Below are positions 1 to 9,434 of a DNA stretch of 21,842 nt, piece by piece (the first letter of the stretch is position 1; each line of letters begins with the position of its first letter). A program made the translations under genes and the position numbers. This stretch comes from Promethearchaeota archaeon (GTDB taxonomy: Archaea > Asgardarchaeota > Lokiarchaeia > Sigyniarchaeales > SOKP01). The notes beneath the pieces are model-generated. The model had not been told where the DNA came from. It searched no databases and worked only from the letters and a program-made list of their open reading frames with translations. The DNA lies in NCBI GenBank assembly GCA_016926735.1, contig JAFGOA010000217.1:1-21842 (forward strand). Direction: 5' to 3'.

Positions 1-661
1 ATTTTTATTTGACCACCAGGATTCGTATAAGCTGTCCCTTTTACAGGTGCTGTCCAATCAAGATCCACCCAAGTAAAATATGAATCAAATTGAGCTAAAT
101 CATAGATAGAATCTAAATTTTGATCAAATAAGCCATCAATAAGATTTATTTCTAAATCAGGGCCATATACATTTTCTACTTTTGCCCAAAGTAATAATCC
201 TAACCATTTATCATAGAGCATTGTAGAATTTTGACTCAGATCATTAGCTCTAAAATCAAATTTAATACTACAATTAGTTTCTTCAATATTTAAAGTTCCA
301 GGCATATATCCAGAAGAGCTCACTTGTTCTGCTGCTTGAGATTTTAATTGAGATAAATTATTGACAGGGATTAAAAATCCAGAGAGAAATGAATTGTAAC
401 TTAAAGCTAAGTTCATTGCTGCTTCACTGTTAGGTATATTAGTTAATGTAAGATTCTGAATTAATGTATTTGACTGATTTTCAAGAAAAGAGATATCAAT
501 ATATGGTGATGGTCCTGAAAACACTGAATAATCATTTGGGTCTTTTTCTCCTATTTGCATAAGTGTGATTTTTATTTGACCACCAGGATTCGTATAAGCT
601 GTCCCTTTTACAGGTGCTACCCAATCAAGGTCTACCCAAGTAAAATAAGAATCAAATTGAG
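1..661. repeat. Direct repeat 1-94 / 568-661 (period 567 nt), an intragenic domain duplication
   Basis: First 51 nt are identical and there are 5 mismatches over 94 nt. The offset is a multiple of 3. Confidence 0.95.
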
Positions 662-821
662 AGATATTATAAGTGTAAACTTTCTCCAATGAAGCAACAT
701 TTTGAGTCTTCAGTGCATTTTGATCAGTATTTTCTATAAATATATTATTATTCAATAAACTGGATCCTTGTATAACAAAAATTAATATTAGTAGAGAATA
801 AATTATTTTTTTTTTTTTCAT
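1..821 (-). CDS. Secreted/surface protein with a tandem ~189-aa domain; 3'-partial, runs off the window; not in the supplied ORF track
   Basis: Manual translation from ATG at 821 gives MKKKKIIYSLLILIFVIQGSSLL..., a basic then hydrophobic signal-peptide-like start. The frame is open for 273 codons to base 1. QFDSYFTWVDLDW(V/T)APVKGTAYTNPGGQIK occurs twice, 189 aa apart. Confidence 0.9.
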   Translation of the reverse strand, partial: MKKKKIIYSLLILIFVIQGSSLLNNNIFIENTDQNALKTQNVASLEKVYTYNISQFDSYFTWVDLDWVAPVKGTAYTNPGGQIKITLMQIGEKDPNDYSVFSGPSPYIDISFLENQSNTLIQNLTLTNIPNSEAAMNLALSYNSFLSGFLIPVNNLSQLKSQAAEQVSSSGYMPGTLNIEETNCSIKFDFRANDLSQNSTMLYDKWLGLLLWAKVENVYGPDLEINLIDGLFDQNLDSIYDLAQFDSYFTWVDLDWTAPVKGTAYTNPGGQIK

Positions 822-1176
822 AATTTTATAATTTTTTTTTTAAGAATAGGATAGATTTCCTATTATTATTTCTAATACAATATCACATATAAATATTACA
901 TCTAATATTTGAAATAATATATTTACACGTTAATTACTAAATAAAATCAATATTAAAAGATTATTATCACATTACTATAAAGAGAGAGAATTATTTTTAA
1001 TAAAATATATAAGAATAAAATTAATTGGTAAATATATCCTATATAAGATACACATCAAAAAAATTAATTAGCTAATATCATTGAAGAATTATTTCTTATT
1101 TTAAAAACTTATATTAAATCTACAAGTACTCTTGAATTAAGATGAAATGGTGATATAAATAGAAACATATAAAGAA

Positions 1177-2115
1177 ATGGAAATTAATAAACGTGTGTCG
1201 ATTACTTATAGATATAAAAATAATTTCATCTATGATTCAAATCCTTTGATCAAATTCTTTTTTTTTCTATCAAATTTTTTTGTTATTTTTTTAATTTCAA
1301 ATCCAATTTATCTCTCTATAATTTTTCTAAATATGATTCTAATAGCATTTTTAGGTAAGGATCTTAGAAAAGTATTTAGATTTATTAAACTCACATTATA
1401 TTTGGGACTTGCAATTTTTATCATTAATATAATTTTACGAAATGACGGAGGAACAGTATTATTTACTTTTCCATTCAAAATCCCTATTTATGATACAATT
1501 AATATAACCTTGGAAGTTATAATTTTTAGTTTTATTATGGTATTGCAGCTTATACTTGTAATCTTTATATTTTCTTTAGTTAACGTTTTCATAAATCCAG
1601 ATGAACTTATAAAAGTATTCATGAAATTAAGAATTCCATATACAATTTCTTTAATTTTAATATTATCAATCAGATTTTTCCCGTTGTTATTAGAAGATAT
1701 GGAAAATATTAAAGATGTAGCTCGTTCAAGAGGAGTGGAATTGGATAAAGGGAATTGGTTCATTAGAATAAAAAATAAGATAAAGCTAATATTACCATTA
1801 TTAACAAATTCATTGGAAAGATCTATACAAGTTGCTGAAGCATTAGAATCGAGAGGATTTACAATATCAAAAAAAAGAAAGTTCTATAAGAAAATAAAAA
1901 TAACAAAAATTGGTTATTTTACTTTAGCTATAAACATTATTTCAATCACAATATTATTATATTTTATTATAACTCAAGGAGCTGGAAATTACAGTCCTTT
2001 TCCATTGTATCATTTTCCTAGATTTAATTATTTTGATTTTTTTATGATATTAATTATATTTTCATCAAATATTTCACTGATAATTTTATTATTTTTGGAT
2101 AGGAGGATATCATGA
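1177..2115 (+). CDS. ecfT: ECF transporter transmembrane component T (CbrV/EcfT-like)
   Basis: N-terminal NPLIK, several TM segments, RFFP, and two X-Arg-Gly coupling motifs (ARSRG, LESRGF). ATGA overlap with the next gene. Confidence 0.92.
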   Translation: MEINKRVSITYRYKNNFIYDSNPLIKFFFFLSNFFVIFLISNPIYLSIIFLNMILIAFLGKDLRKVFRFIKLTLYLGLAIFIINIILRNDGGTVLFTFPFKIPIYDTINITLEVIIFSFIMVLQLILVIFIFSLVNVFINPDELIKVFMKLRIPYTISLILILSIRFFPLLLEDMENIKDVARSRGVELDKGNWFIRIKNKIKLILPLLTNSLERSIQVAEALESRGFTISKKRKFYKKIKITKIGYFTLAINIISITILLYFIITQGAGNYSPFPLYHFPRFNYFDFFMILIIFSSNISLIILLFLDRRIS

Positions 2116-3797
2116 TAAAAATTGAAGATTTATCATTTACGTATAATCAAAGCTCGAACCAAATTTTAAATAATATCTCTTTAGAGATAAATGATGGTGA
2201 GTTTATTCTCATTACAGGACCATCTGGTAGTGGAAAAACTACATTAATACGTCTTTTTAATGGATTAATTCCATATTTTTATGGAGGGAAAATCTCTGGA
2301 AAGGTAAATATTCAAAGTTTAAATCTTTTTAAGACTGAAACTCGTCAATTAGCCAAAAAAGTTGGTTTTGTATTTCAAAATCCAGATAATCAATTATTTA
2401 TGAATGAAGTCGAGTCTGAAATCGCTTTTGGATTAGAAAATTTGAATCTTCCCGTAAATACAATTAAAAAAAGAGTAGAAGAAACATTAGATTCTATAGG
2501 GATCGCTCATCTAAGAAGGAGGACTATTGGAGAACTATCTGGAGGAGAAAAACAAAAAGTTGCTATAGCATCTATTTTAGCAATGAATCCAGAGGTAATT
2601 GTATTAGATGAACCTACTGCCGAATTGGATCCTAAATCAGCTGAAGATATTCTCATGCTTATTCAAAAACTAAATGATGAACTTGGATTAACAATTATAT
2701 TAATTGAACATCGTTTAGATCGAGTGATTCAATTTGTAGACCGTATGATAATTATAGAAAAAGGTAAAATTTTAAAAGATGGACCTCCAAAAATTCTTTT
2801 TAAAGAAAATTTGTCAAAAATTGGAATAACTATTCCACCTATCATAAAATTATGTAATATTTTGGAAATTGATAAAATTCCTTTAACAGTTAAAGAAAGT
2901 AGAGAAATATTATCTGATTTTATAAATAATATCAAATATCCAATAGAAAACATTGAAGATGAGAATAAAAATACCAATTATTTTGATCAATCTGATAAAA
3001 AAAAACTGCTTGTAGAATTATCTAATATTTCATTTAATTATGAAAAAAATAATCGAGTGCTTAATAATATAAATTTAAGAATGTATGAGGGTGAATTTAT
3101 TGCAATCATGGGAAGAAATGGTTCTGGTAAAACTACTTTATTGAAACTTATAAATGGTTTACTTAAACCAGGAAGAGGAAAAATAAATATAGAAAATAAT
3201 ACTATAGAAAAGAGTTCTGTTGCAGAATTAGCCCAAAAAATTGGTTATATCTTCCAAAATCCTGCTAATCAATTTTATCATGATACTGTTGAAGATGAAA
3301 TTACTTATATTTTAAATAATCTAAAATATGATTCTAATAAAGCTAAAGTTTTATTAGATAATATTTTAGAACAATTTGATTTGGAAAAATATAGAAAGGT
3401 TTATCCACGATATTTATCCGTAGGAGAACAGCAAAAATTAGCTTTAGCATCTGTTTTAGTTACAAATCCTAAAATACTACTATTGGATGAACCAACTCAT
3501 GGTATGGATTATAAGCAAAAGACTATTTTTTTTTCTTATTTGAATGCATATTGTAAAAAAGGAAATTTGGTAATACTTATAACTCATGATGTTGAGAGTG
3601 TAGCAGAATATTCAGATAGGGTAGTATTATTAGCAGAGGGAAGAATAATTGTAGATGATGTAAAAAAGAATGTTCTATCTAATGCATTATTATTTTCTCC
3701 ACAAGTTAATCGTCTTGTTCAAGGATTTAAAAATCTACCACAAAATATATTAAATTATCATGAACTAATTAAGGTATTTGGATATGAAAAGGAGTAA
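2112..3797 (+). CDS. ecfA: ECF transporter duplicated ATPase (fused A-A', CbrU-like)
   Basis: Two ABC cassettes: GPSGSGKT/FQNPDNQ/LSGGEKQ/VLDEP and GRNGSGKT/FQNPANQ/LSVGEQQ/LLDEP/ITHD. Confidence 0.95.
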   Translation: MIKIEDLSFTYNQSSNQILNNISLEINDGEFILITGPSGSGKTTLIRLFNGLIPYFYGGKISGKVNIQSLNLFKTETRQLAKKVGFVFQNPDNQLFMNEVESEIAFGLENLNLPVNTIKKRVEETLDSIGIAHLRRRTIGELSGGEKQKVAIASILAMNPEVIVLDEPTAELDPKSAEDILMLIQKLNDELGLTIILIEHRLDRVIQFVDRMIIIEKGKILKDGPPKILFKENLSKIGITIPPIIKLCNILEIDKIPLTVKESREILSDFINNIKYPIENIEDENKNTNYFDQSDKKKLLVELSNISFNYEKNNRVLNNINLRMYEGEFIAIMGRNGSGKTTLLKLINGLLKPGRGKINIENNTIEKSSVAELAQKIGYIFQNPANQFYHDTVEDEITYILNNLKYDSNKAKVLLDNILEQFDLEKYRKVYPRYLSVGEQQKLALASVLVTNPKILLLDEPTHGMDYKQKTIFFSYLNAYCKKGNLVILITHDVESVAEYSDRVVLLAEGRIIVDDVKKNVLSNALLFSPQVNRLVQGFKNLPQNILNYHELIKVFGYEKE

Positions 3798-4536
3798 CTT
3801 AATTCTAGTTATAATAATAATTTATGGATTTTTTATAATTTTAATTCCTAAAATTCTTCCCGATTTTATTTTAAATCCAAATAAATACTCTATAGGACTT
3901 TTCTTAAATATCGTAATATATATGGGATTATTTACCTTAGGGATATATTATAAATTAGATGAGACAGAACTCTCTACAAAGGAAATATCTCTAATTGTGA
4001 TATATAGTGCTTTTACAGCGGTATCAAGAATTCCTTTTGTAGCATTACCTAGTGTTCAACCATGCTCCTTTTTGATCTTCTGTGCAGGATTTGTTTTTGG
4101 ACCAATGATTGGTTTTATAATTGGAGCAAATACAGCTATACTTTCTAATTTTGTTCTTGGGGTAGGTCCTTGGAGCATATTGCAAATGTTTGCATGGGGA
4201 TTAATGGGTATTTTTGGAGGGATTTTAAATTTACATAAAAATAAATATCCTAATAAATGGTTGAACTCACTTATTGGATTTTTATTTGGTTTTTTTTATG
4301 GTTGGTTCTCTAATCTATGGTTTTGGATTTTATTTATAAAACCTTTTAATTTTGAAAGCCTTCTACTTCTTTGCACATATAGTTTTTATTTTGATCTATC
4401 TCATGCTATTGCAAATGCAATATTTTTATATTATTTTGGAGATCATACAATCAATATTTTAACACGATATAGACAGAGGTTCCTTATTGAAATTCATGAT
4501 TATTCAATAAAAAAAACAATTGATAAAAAGTTGTAA
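3784..4536 (+). CDS. cbrT: ECF S component, CbrT-like (cobalamin/corrinoid), with extra N-terminal TM helices; ATG 3784 preferred over TTG 3778
   Basis: LPSVQP, FGPMIGFIIGA, SNFVLGVGPWSILQMFAWG and FDLSHAIAN match motifs I recall for the CbrT family (PNVQP, LGxGxW..Q, FDLxHAxGN). Overlaps the ATPase stop. Confidence 0.75.
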   Translation: MKRSNLILVIIIIYGFFIILIPKILPDFILNPNKYSIGLFLNIVIYMGLFTLGIYYKLDETELSTKEISLIVIYSAFTAVSRIPFVALPSVQPCSFLIFCAGFVFGPMIGFIIGANTAILSNFVLGVGPWSILQMFAWGLMGIFGGILNLHKNKYPNKWLNSLIGFLFGFFYGWFSNLWFWILFIKPFNFESLLLLCTYSFYFDLSHAIANAIFLYYFGDHTINILTRYRQRFLIEIHDYSIKKTIDKKL

Positions 4537-4562
4537 AAAAAACAATTCTACTAAATAATCTT

Positions 4563-5255
4563 TTAGAAAATAAAAGAAGTTCCAACATATACTTTTTTAA
4601 ATTGATTTGGAAATCTTTTTTTTATATTATCTATATATGCTGTACAATGACATGCTCCAATCGTTTCTATATCTTTTAAATATGAAAATTTTTGAAACCC
4701 ATGAAAACCACCTATAACAGCTTTAATAGAACCAAGATTTTTTGCATTTAATAGAAATTTTTCTAATCCTGGATGAGCACATCCAACTAAAATAACTATA
4801 TCGTCTAATCTTGTTTTTAAATATAATGCTTGTTCTTTTAATGATGTTCCATATTGATCAGATAAAAAAATATTTTTTTCAATCTCTGTTATTTTAAAAT
4901 TTCCTATAATTTTTGAATTTTGGAATTGAGATTGATAATTTTTTACATCACTTTCAGGTACATATACTTCTATTTTAGGATTTTCTTTAATTATTTTAAA
5001 TATTCCCCCTGAATGATCATAATGATGGTGAGATAGAATAATTTTTTTGATATCTATAATCTCAAGTTTTAAAATTTTAAGGTTATGAATTAATATATTC
5101 AGATTTCCACCGATATCAAATAAAGAATAATTTGAGGTTAAATAATTATAGATCAATACTGAGAAGCCAAAACCTGTTAGATAACGATTATCGATAGATT
5201 TATTATCAAAAACAATACTTATTTTGAATGATTTAAAATTTTTTTCTGTACTCAT
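4563..5255 (-). CDS. MBL-fold metallo-hydrolase (COG1237/MJ0301-like)
   Basis: GFSVLI, LFDIG, SHHHYDHSGG (HxHxDH), GCAHPG, IGGFH, CHCT. Confidence 0.88.
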   Translation of the reverse strand: MSTEKNFKSFKISIVFDNKSIDNRYLTGFGFSVLIYNYLTSNYSLFDIGGNLNILIHNLKILKLEIIDIKKIILSHHHYDHSGGIFKIIKENPKIEVYVPESDVKNYQSQFQNSKIIGNFKITEIEKNIFLSDQYGTSLKEQALYLKTRLDDIVILVGCAHPGLEKFLLNAKNLGSIKAVIGGFHGFQKFSYLKDIETIGACHCTAYIDNIKKRFPNQFKKVYVGTSFIF

Positions 5256-5308
5256 TAGAATTTTTTTTTATTTTGGTATCAAAAAAAATATAGATATAAT
5301 ATAATTGA

Positions 5309-5387
5309 TTTGAATATATATTCATAATATTTAAATATTTATGTGGGTTTATTATTAATATAGGATGATTATGAATATTTATTCAAA
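5309..5387. promoter_or_regulatory. Paired palindromic operator-like sites (TGAA-N6-TTCA) in the divergent MBL/DtxR promoter
   Basis: TGAATATATATTCA at 5311-5324 (perfect palindrome) and TGAATATTTATTCA at 5372-5385. The 20-mers 5309-5328 and 5368-5387 are 19/20 inverted copies. A TATA-like TTTAAATA is adjacent. Confidence 0.65.
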
Positions 5388-5469
5388 ATACCAAATATAA
5401 ATCGAAGATAATTTAGAACAAAAAATATAAAATAGTTCCAAAGAAAATGATAAAAAAAAATGGTTAAAA

Positions 5470-5874
5470 ATGAAAATAAAAGAGAGTTATGAAGATTATT
5501 TAAAAGTTATTTATTTAATTTCAAAAAGGAATAAAAAAGGATGGGTTAAAAATTCAGAGATATCACAATCTTTATGTATTAAACCATCCTCAGTATCAGG
5601 TATGCTTCGTAATTTAAAAGAAAGGGAATATATAATTTGGAAACCAAGAAATGCAATAAGATTAACCATTAAGGGAAAAAAAATTGCTACTCAAATTATA
5701 CAAAATTCAGAAACTTTAAAAGATTTTTTTGTGAAGGTACTTAAGGTAAATGATAAAGAATTAATTAAAAAATTGTGTTGTGATATTGAACATCATATAA
5801 CATCTGAGGTATGCACAGCATTAAATAATTTAGTAAATCAATATAATATAGAAAATCTTGAAACAATAGTTTAA
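5470..5874 (+). CDS. DtxR/MntR family metal-dependent transcriptional regulator (no FeoA/SH3 domain)
   Basis: ESYEDYLKVIY, HTH SEISQSLCIKPSSVSGML, IRLTIKG, CCDIEH. Confidence 0.9.
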   Translation: MKIKESYEDYLKVIYLISKRNKKGWVKNSEISQSLCIKPSSVSGMLRNLKEREYIIWKPRNAIRLTIKGKKIATQIIQNSETLKDFFVKVLKVNDKELIKKLCCDIEHHITSEVCTALNNLVNQYNIENLETIV

Positions 5875-5925
5875 AAAAATATTTTTAATGATAATTTAAA
5901 ATCAAAAGAGAGTTAATTTTAGGAT

Positions 5926-6678
5926 ATGCCAAATCATGGAAAAAGAAATAATAGAGGATGTAGAAGAAATAGATATAGAATCAATCCATATTTTAAGTAT
6001 AAATTAAATTTAGTTGATAATAATATTGAAGAAAAACAAATTCATCCTTTTAGAGGTCAAAGTAAAAAAATAAAAAATGTAAATTGGGATAGTCAGGTTA
6101 AAAATAAAAGAATAAAAGCAGAATTAGATCTAAGAGTTGAAAAATTAAAAAATAAAATACAGGAAGAAATGGATTCAAGAATAAATTTTATTCAAAAATA
6201 TATTTCAAAAGATGATGAATGTTTTAAAAAAAACAAGAAGAATTATTACATCTTGAAGAAAAATTTTATTGATTTTTTGGTGAATCAATCAAAATTTAGT
6301 CTTTTAAAGAAAAATAGGTTAAAAAAAAAATTAGTAAAACTTAGAATTAATTTCGATAAAAATAAAATATATCTATTAATTTTCAATAAAAAAGGATATA
6401 TAAATAAAGAAAATCAATATAAATCAATAATCTACTCTAGTGCTCCATTTTGGAAAGAGTGGGAATATATTATATCTCTAATAGGAAATAACATAGAAAA
6501 TTTTAAAGATTCTGTTAAAAATAAAGAACTAAATATATTATATAAGGAGTATGAGAGAATAAAATCTATTAAACCTCAAAAAGATACTATTATATGTGAG
6601 GATTGTGGTTCTGAAAATTCAAAGAAAGCAATATATTGTTATTATTGTGGGGAAAAGCTTAAGTCATCAAAAATATGA
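5926..6678 (+). CDS. Basic hypothetical protein with a C-terminal zinc ribbon
   Basis: C-terminal CEDC-x10-CYYCG. Lys-rich helical body and Arg-rich N-terminus. Confidence 0.75.
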   Translation: MPNHGKRNNRGCRRNRYRINPYFKYKLNLVDNNIEEKQIHPFRGQSKKIKNVNWDSQVKNKRIKAELDLRVEKLKNKIQEEMDSRINFIQKYISKDDECFKKNKKNYYILKKNFIDFLVNQSKFSLLKKNRLKKKLVKLRINFDKNKIYLLIFNKKGYINKENQYKSIIYSSAPFWKEWEYIISLIGNNIENFKDSVKNKELNILYKEYERIKSIKPQKDTIICEDCGSENSKKAIYCYYCGEKLKSSKI

Positions 6679-6882
6679 AAAATTTAGAAAAATAAAATAT
6701 TTTTACAATATAAATATCTATATAGATTTTAGAGAAAAGAAAGAAATAATTTATGTGATTATTAGAAAATCTAGTTCATTAATCAATTTTTGTATCTTAG
6801 GATATTTTTTTATTTTTATCCTATTTGTAGATTTAATTTAATAAAATGTTTAACAAGCTAATTTATAATAGATAATTCCAAA

Positions 6883-7812
6883 TTATTTTAATTTCCAAAA
6901 TATTTTCTTATTATAATATGTCTTTTGAATTTTGTTCTCTAATTCCATTTCTTCTAATTTTAATAATAGATCGTGTCTACTGAGATTTTCGGAAGAAAAA
7001 GTTTCTATAATTTGTTCAAACCTCATAGGATGTCTTTTAATGATAGATAAAAGTTCTTCTTCTAGATTGGGTGAATATAACTTAAATGAACCCATTTCTG
7101 GATAATTAATATTATTATATTCTATAAAAATTTCATTTAAATTTGAAATAAGATTTTTTCGTGGTTTTTTTACCCATTTTTCTGCTGGAGGTCTTATAGG
7201 GACATTTATATCTATTCTATCTGGTTTAATTGAATCAACAATTTTCTTTATTTTCAATAAATTTTTTTTAGAATCATTAATATCCCTCATTAGCATTATT
7301 TCTATCCAAAATTTACCTTTATATATTTTTTTAAAATCTTTAAATCCTTGAATGATAGTATCAAAATTAAGGGAAGGATGAGGTCTATTAATTTTTTTAA
7401 ACATTATTTTATCTCCCCCATCAAGACTTGGTAAAACCACATCTGCTAATAATAATGCATTTCTAACTTCCGGAACATATAATAAACTTCCATTTGTTAT
7501 TACACAAATTGGTTTATTTGTAAGATTCTTTGTTGTTGAAATTAATTCACCGATATCTTTATATAATGTAGGTTCACCACTACCTACAAAAGTAATATAA
7601 TCAAATTTTTCTTTATTTTCATTAATTGCATTCTTTATTTCATTAATTAGTTTATTTTTAGGAAAATAATTAGTTCTTATATTTGTAAAATTAGTTGTTT
7701 TACCTAATTGACAATATATACATTGATAATTACATGTTTTTAAGGGTACTATATCAACACCTAATGATCTCCCTAATCTCCTGCTTGGGACAGGCCCATA
7801 AACATATTTCAT
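6883..7812 (-). CDS. Radical SAM protein (COG0731-like, YGPVPSRRLGRSLG family)
   Basis: CNYQCIYC (CxxxCxxC), GSGEPTL, ITNGSLL. Confidence 0.92.
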   Translation of the reverse strand: MKYVYGPVPSRRLGRSLGVDIVPLKTCNYQCIYCQLGKTTNFTNIRTNYFPKNKLINEIKNAINENKEKFDYITFVGSGEPTLYKDIGELISTTKNLTNKPICVITNGSLLYVPEVRNALLLADVVLPSLDGGDKIMFKKINRPHPSLNFDTIIQGFKDFKKIYKGKFWIEIMLMRDINDSKKNLLKIKKIVDSIKPDRIDINVPIRPPAEKWVKKPRKNLISNLNEIFIEYNNINYPEMGSFKLYSPNLEEELLSIIKRHPMRFEQIIETFSSENLSRHDLLLKLEEMELENKIQKTYYNKKIFWKLK

Positions 7813-7843
7813 AAAATATTTCGTTTTATTTTTAAATATTCTG

Positions 7844-7877
7844 TGATAATTTGTTCAGATATTATTTAAATATTTAT
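7844..7877 (-). promoter_or_regulatory. Putative TATA region plus degenerate operator upstream of the radical SAM gene
   Basis: The minus-strand 15-mer ATAAATATTTAAATA (7877-7863) is identical to the one upstream of the MBL gene (5342-5328). It is followed by TGAACAAATTATCA (7857-7844). Confidence 0.5.
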
Positions 7878-8141
7878 AGTTCAATTAAAAAAAAAACTCG
7901 GAACTATAAAAGTTATAGCTTTTTGTTAAGAATATAGTAAAAGTTTTTTTCTTTTTTTTTTATCATTAAAAAAGTAGTTCAATATTATAATTTTTTGCTT
8001 ATCTAATATATAATTATATACTGCTTCAGGAATTTCTATAAGATATATTTAAGGGATTTATATTTATAATATTCGTTATTGTATTCTTTAACTACAAGAT
8101 CGATCCTATATTTTTAGGAATGACTAATACATTTATATTTA

Positions 8142-8792
8142 ATGATAATTTATTATTCACATTGGTGTAAATGTTTTATGAATCAGATATTTATAAAAAT
8201 ATTTTATATTATGATAATTCTTTTGTTTTTTATAGAATTAATTATTCCAATAAAAATTATAAAGAGAAGTGGAAAAGATCCTCGCGGTCAACATAAAGAT
8301 TATTCAATATTGGCAAAACTCTGTCTATTCACAAGTCTTATGTGGGTAATATATATACTATTATACATCATAATAGAGGATATAGTACTAAATTTCTCTA
8401 TAATTGGTTTTTTAGCAAATGATTTTTTTATCATTTTTGGTATGTTGACTATTATTCTCAGTTATCTTTTTCAAATCCTTGGAATAATAAAATTAGGTTT
8501 GAATTTTCGTATTGCACTTCCAAAAGAAGAAACTAAACTAATTAATTCAGGAATTTATCGTTTCATGAGAAATCCAATTGTATTTGGTATTTATTTATTG
8601 TTTATTGGAAGTTTCTTTATTATTCCAACACTCCTTTCTTTATTGTTAGTTTTTATCAATATAATTACTTATAATGCAAAAGTAATTGATGAGGAAAAAT
8701 TTCTCTTAATAAGGTTCAAAAAAGATTTTCAACAATATAAATTAAAAGTAGGAAGATATCTTCCAATTAAGATAAAAAAAGAGAGTGATTAA
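8142..8792 (+). CDS. Isoprenylcysteine carboxylmethyltransferase/PEMT family membrane methyltransferase (start may be ATG 8178)
   Basis: Several TM helices; LINSGIYRFMRNPIVFG, EEKFL, YKLKVGRYLP. Confidence 0.88.
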   Translation: MIIYYSHWCKCFMNQIFIKIFYIMIILLFFIELIIPIKIIKRSGKDPRGQHKDYSILAKLCLFTSLMWVIYILLYIIIEDIVLNFSIIGFLANDFFIIFGMLTIILSYLFQILGIIKLGLNFRIALPKEETKLINSGIYRFMRNPIVFGIYLLFIGSFFIIPTLLSLLLVFINIITYNAKVIDEEKFLLIRFKKDFQQYKLKVGRYLPIKIKKESD

Positions 8793-8795
8793 ATA

Positions 8796-9434
8796 TTGTC
8801 AATATTATGGCTTATTAGAATTATATTGATTTTTTTCCTTTATAGCTATATTCTTATTTATGCCCTTCTTTTAAAGGATAGAAAAAAATATTCATCTATT
8901 CTTGAAAATACGTCTTTAAATATATTTCTAGTTGTTTTTTATAATACGATATGTTATTTAACCGTATTATTACCTGCAGATCTTAATGTTATTGCTAAAC
9001 CAGAATTTTTAAAACATCTAATTGTAATTATTTGGTTTGTGATATTTGCAATCTTTCTATTTATATTGGGGAATGCTCTAATAATTTTTACTCTTAGAAT
9101 GAGAAAAGTTGTAGGAGCACAAGATACGGAAGGAACATTAATGACAAATCATTTTTATTCTTTTTGTAGACATCCTATATATTTAGGAATAACCTTAATT
9201 TCACTTGGATTTGCTTTAATATTTGTTAATTTTGATGCTATTATAGTGATTTCTTTTATTATTCTTGGAAATTATTTAACGGGTACAATTGAAGAAAAAT
9301 ATGATATGAGGATAAGATTTGGAGAGGAATATAAAAAATATAGGGATAATGTACGAAGATATGGGCCTTTATGGTTTTGGGTTCTTTTGATTATTGCATT
9401 AATTTTACCAATAATTATTGATATAGCAATTTAA
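8796..9434 (+). CDS. Second ICMT/PEMT family membrane methyltransferase
   Basis: YSFCRHPIYLG, IEEKYDMRIRFGEEYKKY. TTG start follows the previous stop after a 3-nt gap. Confidence 0.85.
   Translation: MSILWLIRIILIFFLYSYILIYALLLKDRKKYSSILENTSLNIFLVVFYNTICYLTVLLPADLNVIAKPEFLKHLIVIIWFVIFAIFLFILGNALIIFTLRMRKVVGAQDTEGTLMTNHFYSFCRHPIYLGITLISLGFALIFVNFDAIIVISFIILGNYLTGTIEEKYDMRIRFGEEYKKYRDNVRRYGPLWFWVLLIIALILPIIIDIAI

Noticed and set aside
1-661. CRISPR array or DGR template/variable repeat
   Set aside because: Both copies are in frame in one ORF, mismatches are not adenine-specific, there are no spacers, and no reverse transcriptase is in the window.
822-1176. Cobalamin riboswitch upstream of the ECF operon
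   Set aside because: No B12-box-like sequence, and too little GC for the fold.
1488-2977. Antisense ORFs 1488-1763 and 2729-2977
   Set aside because: Shadows of well-supported ECF genes with no motifs.
6596-6841. 81-aa + strand ORF
   Set aside because: Overlaps the zinc-ribbon gene out of frame. Low-complexity AT-driven translation.
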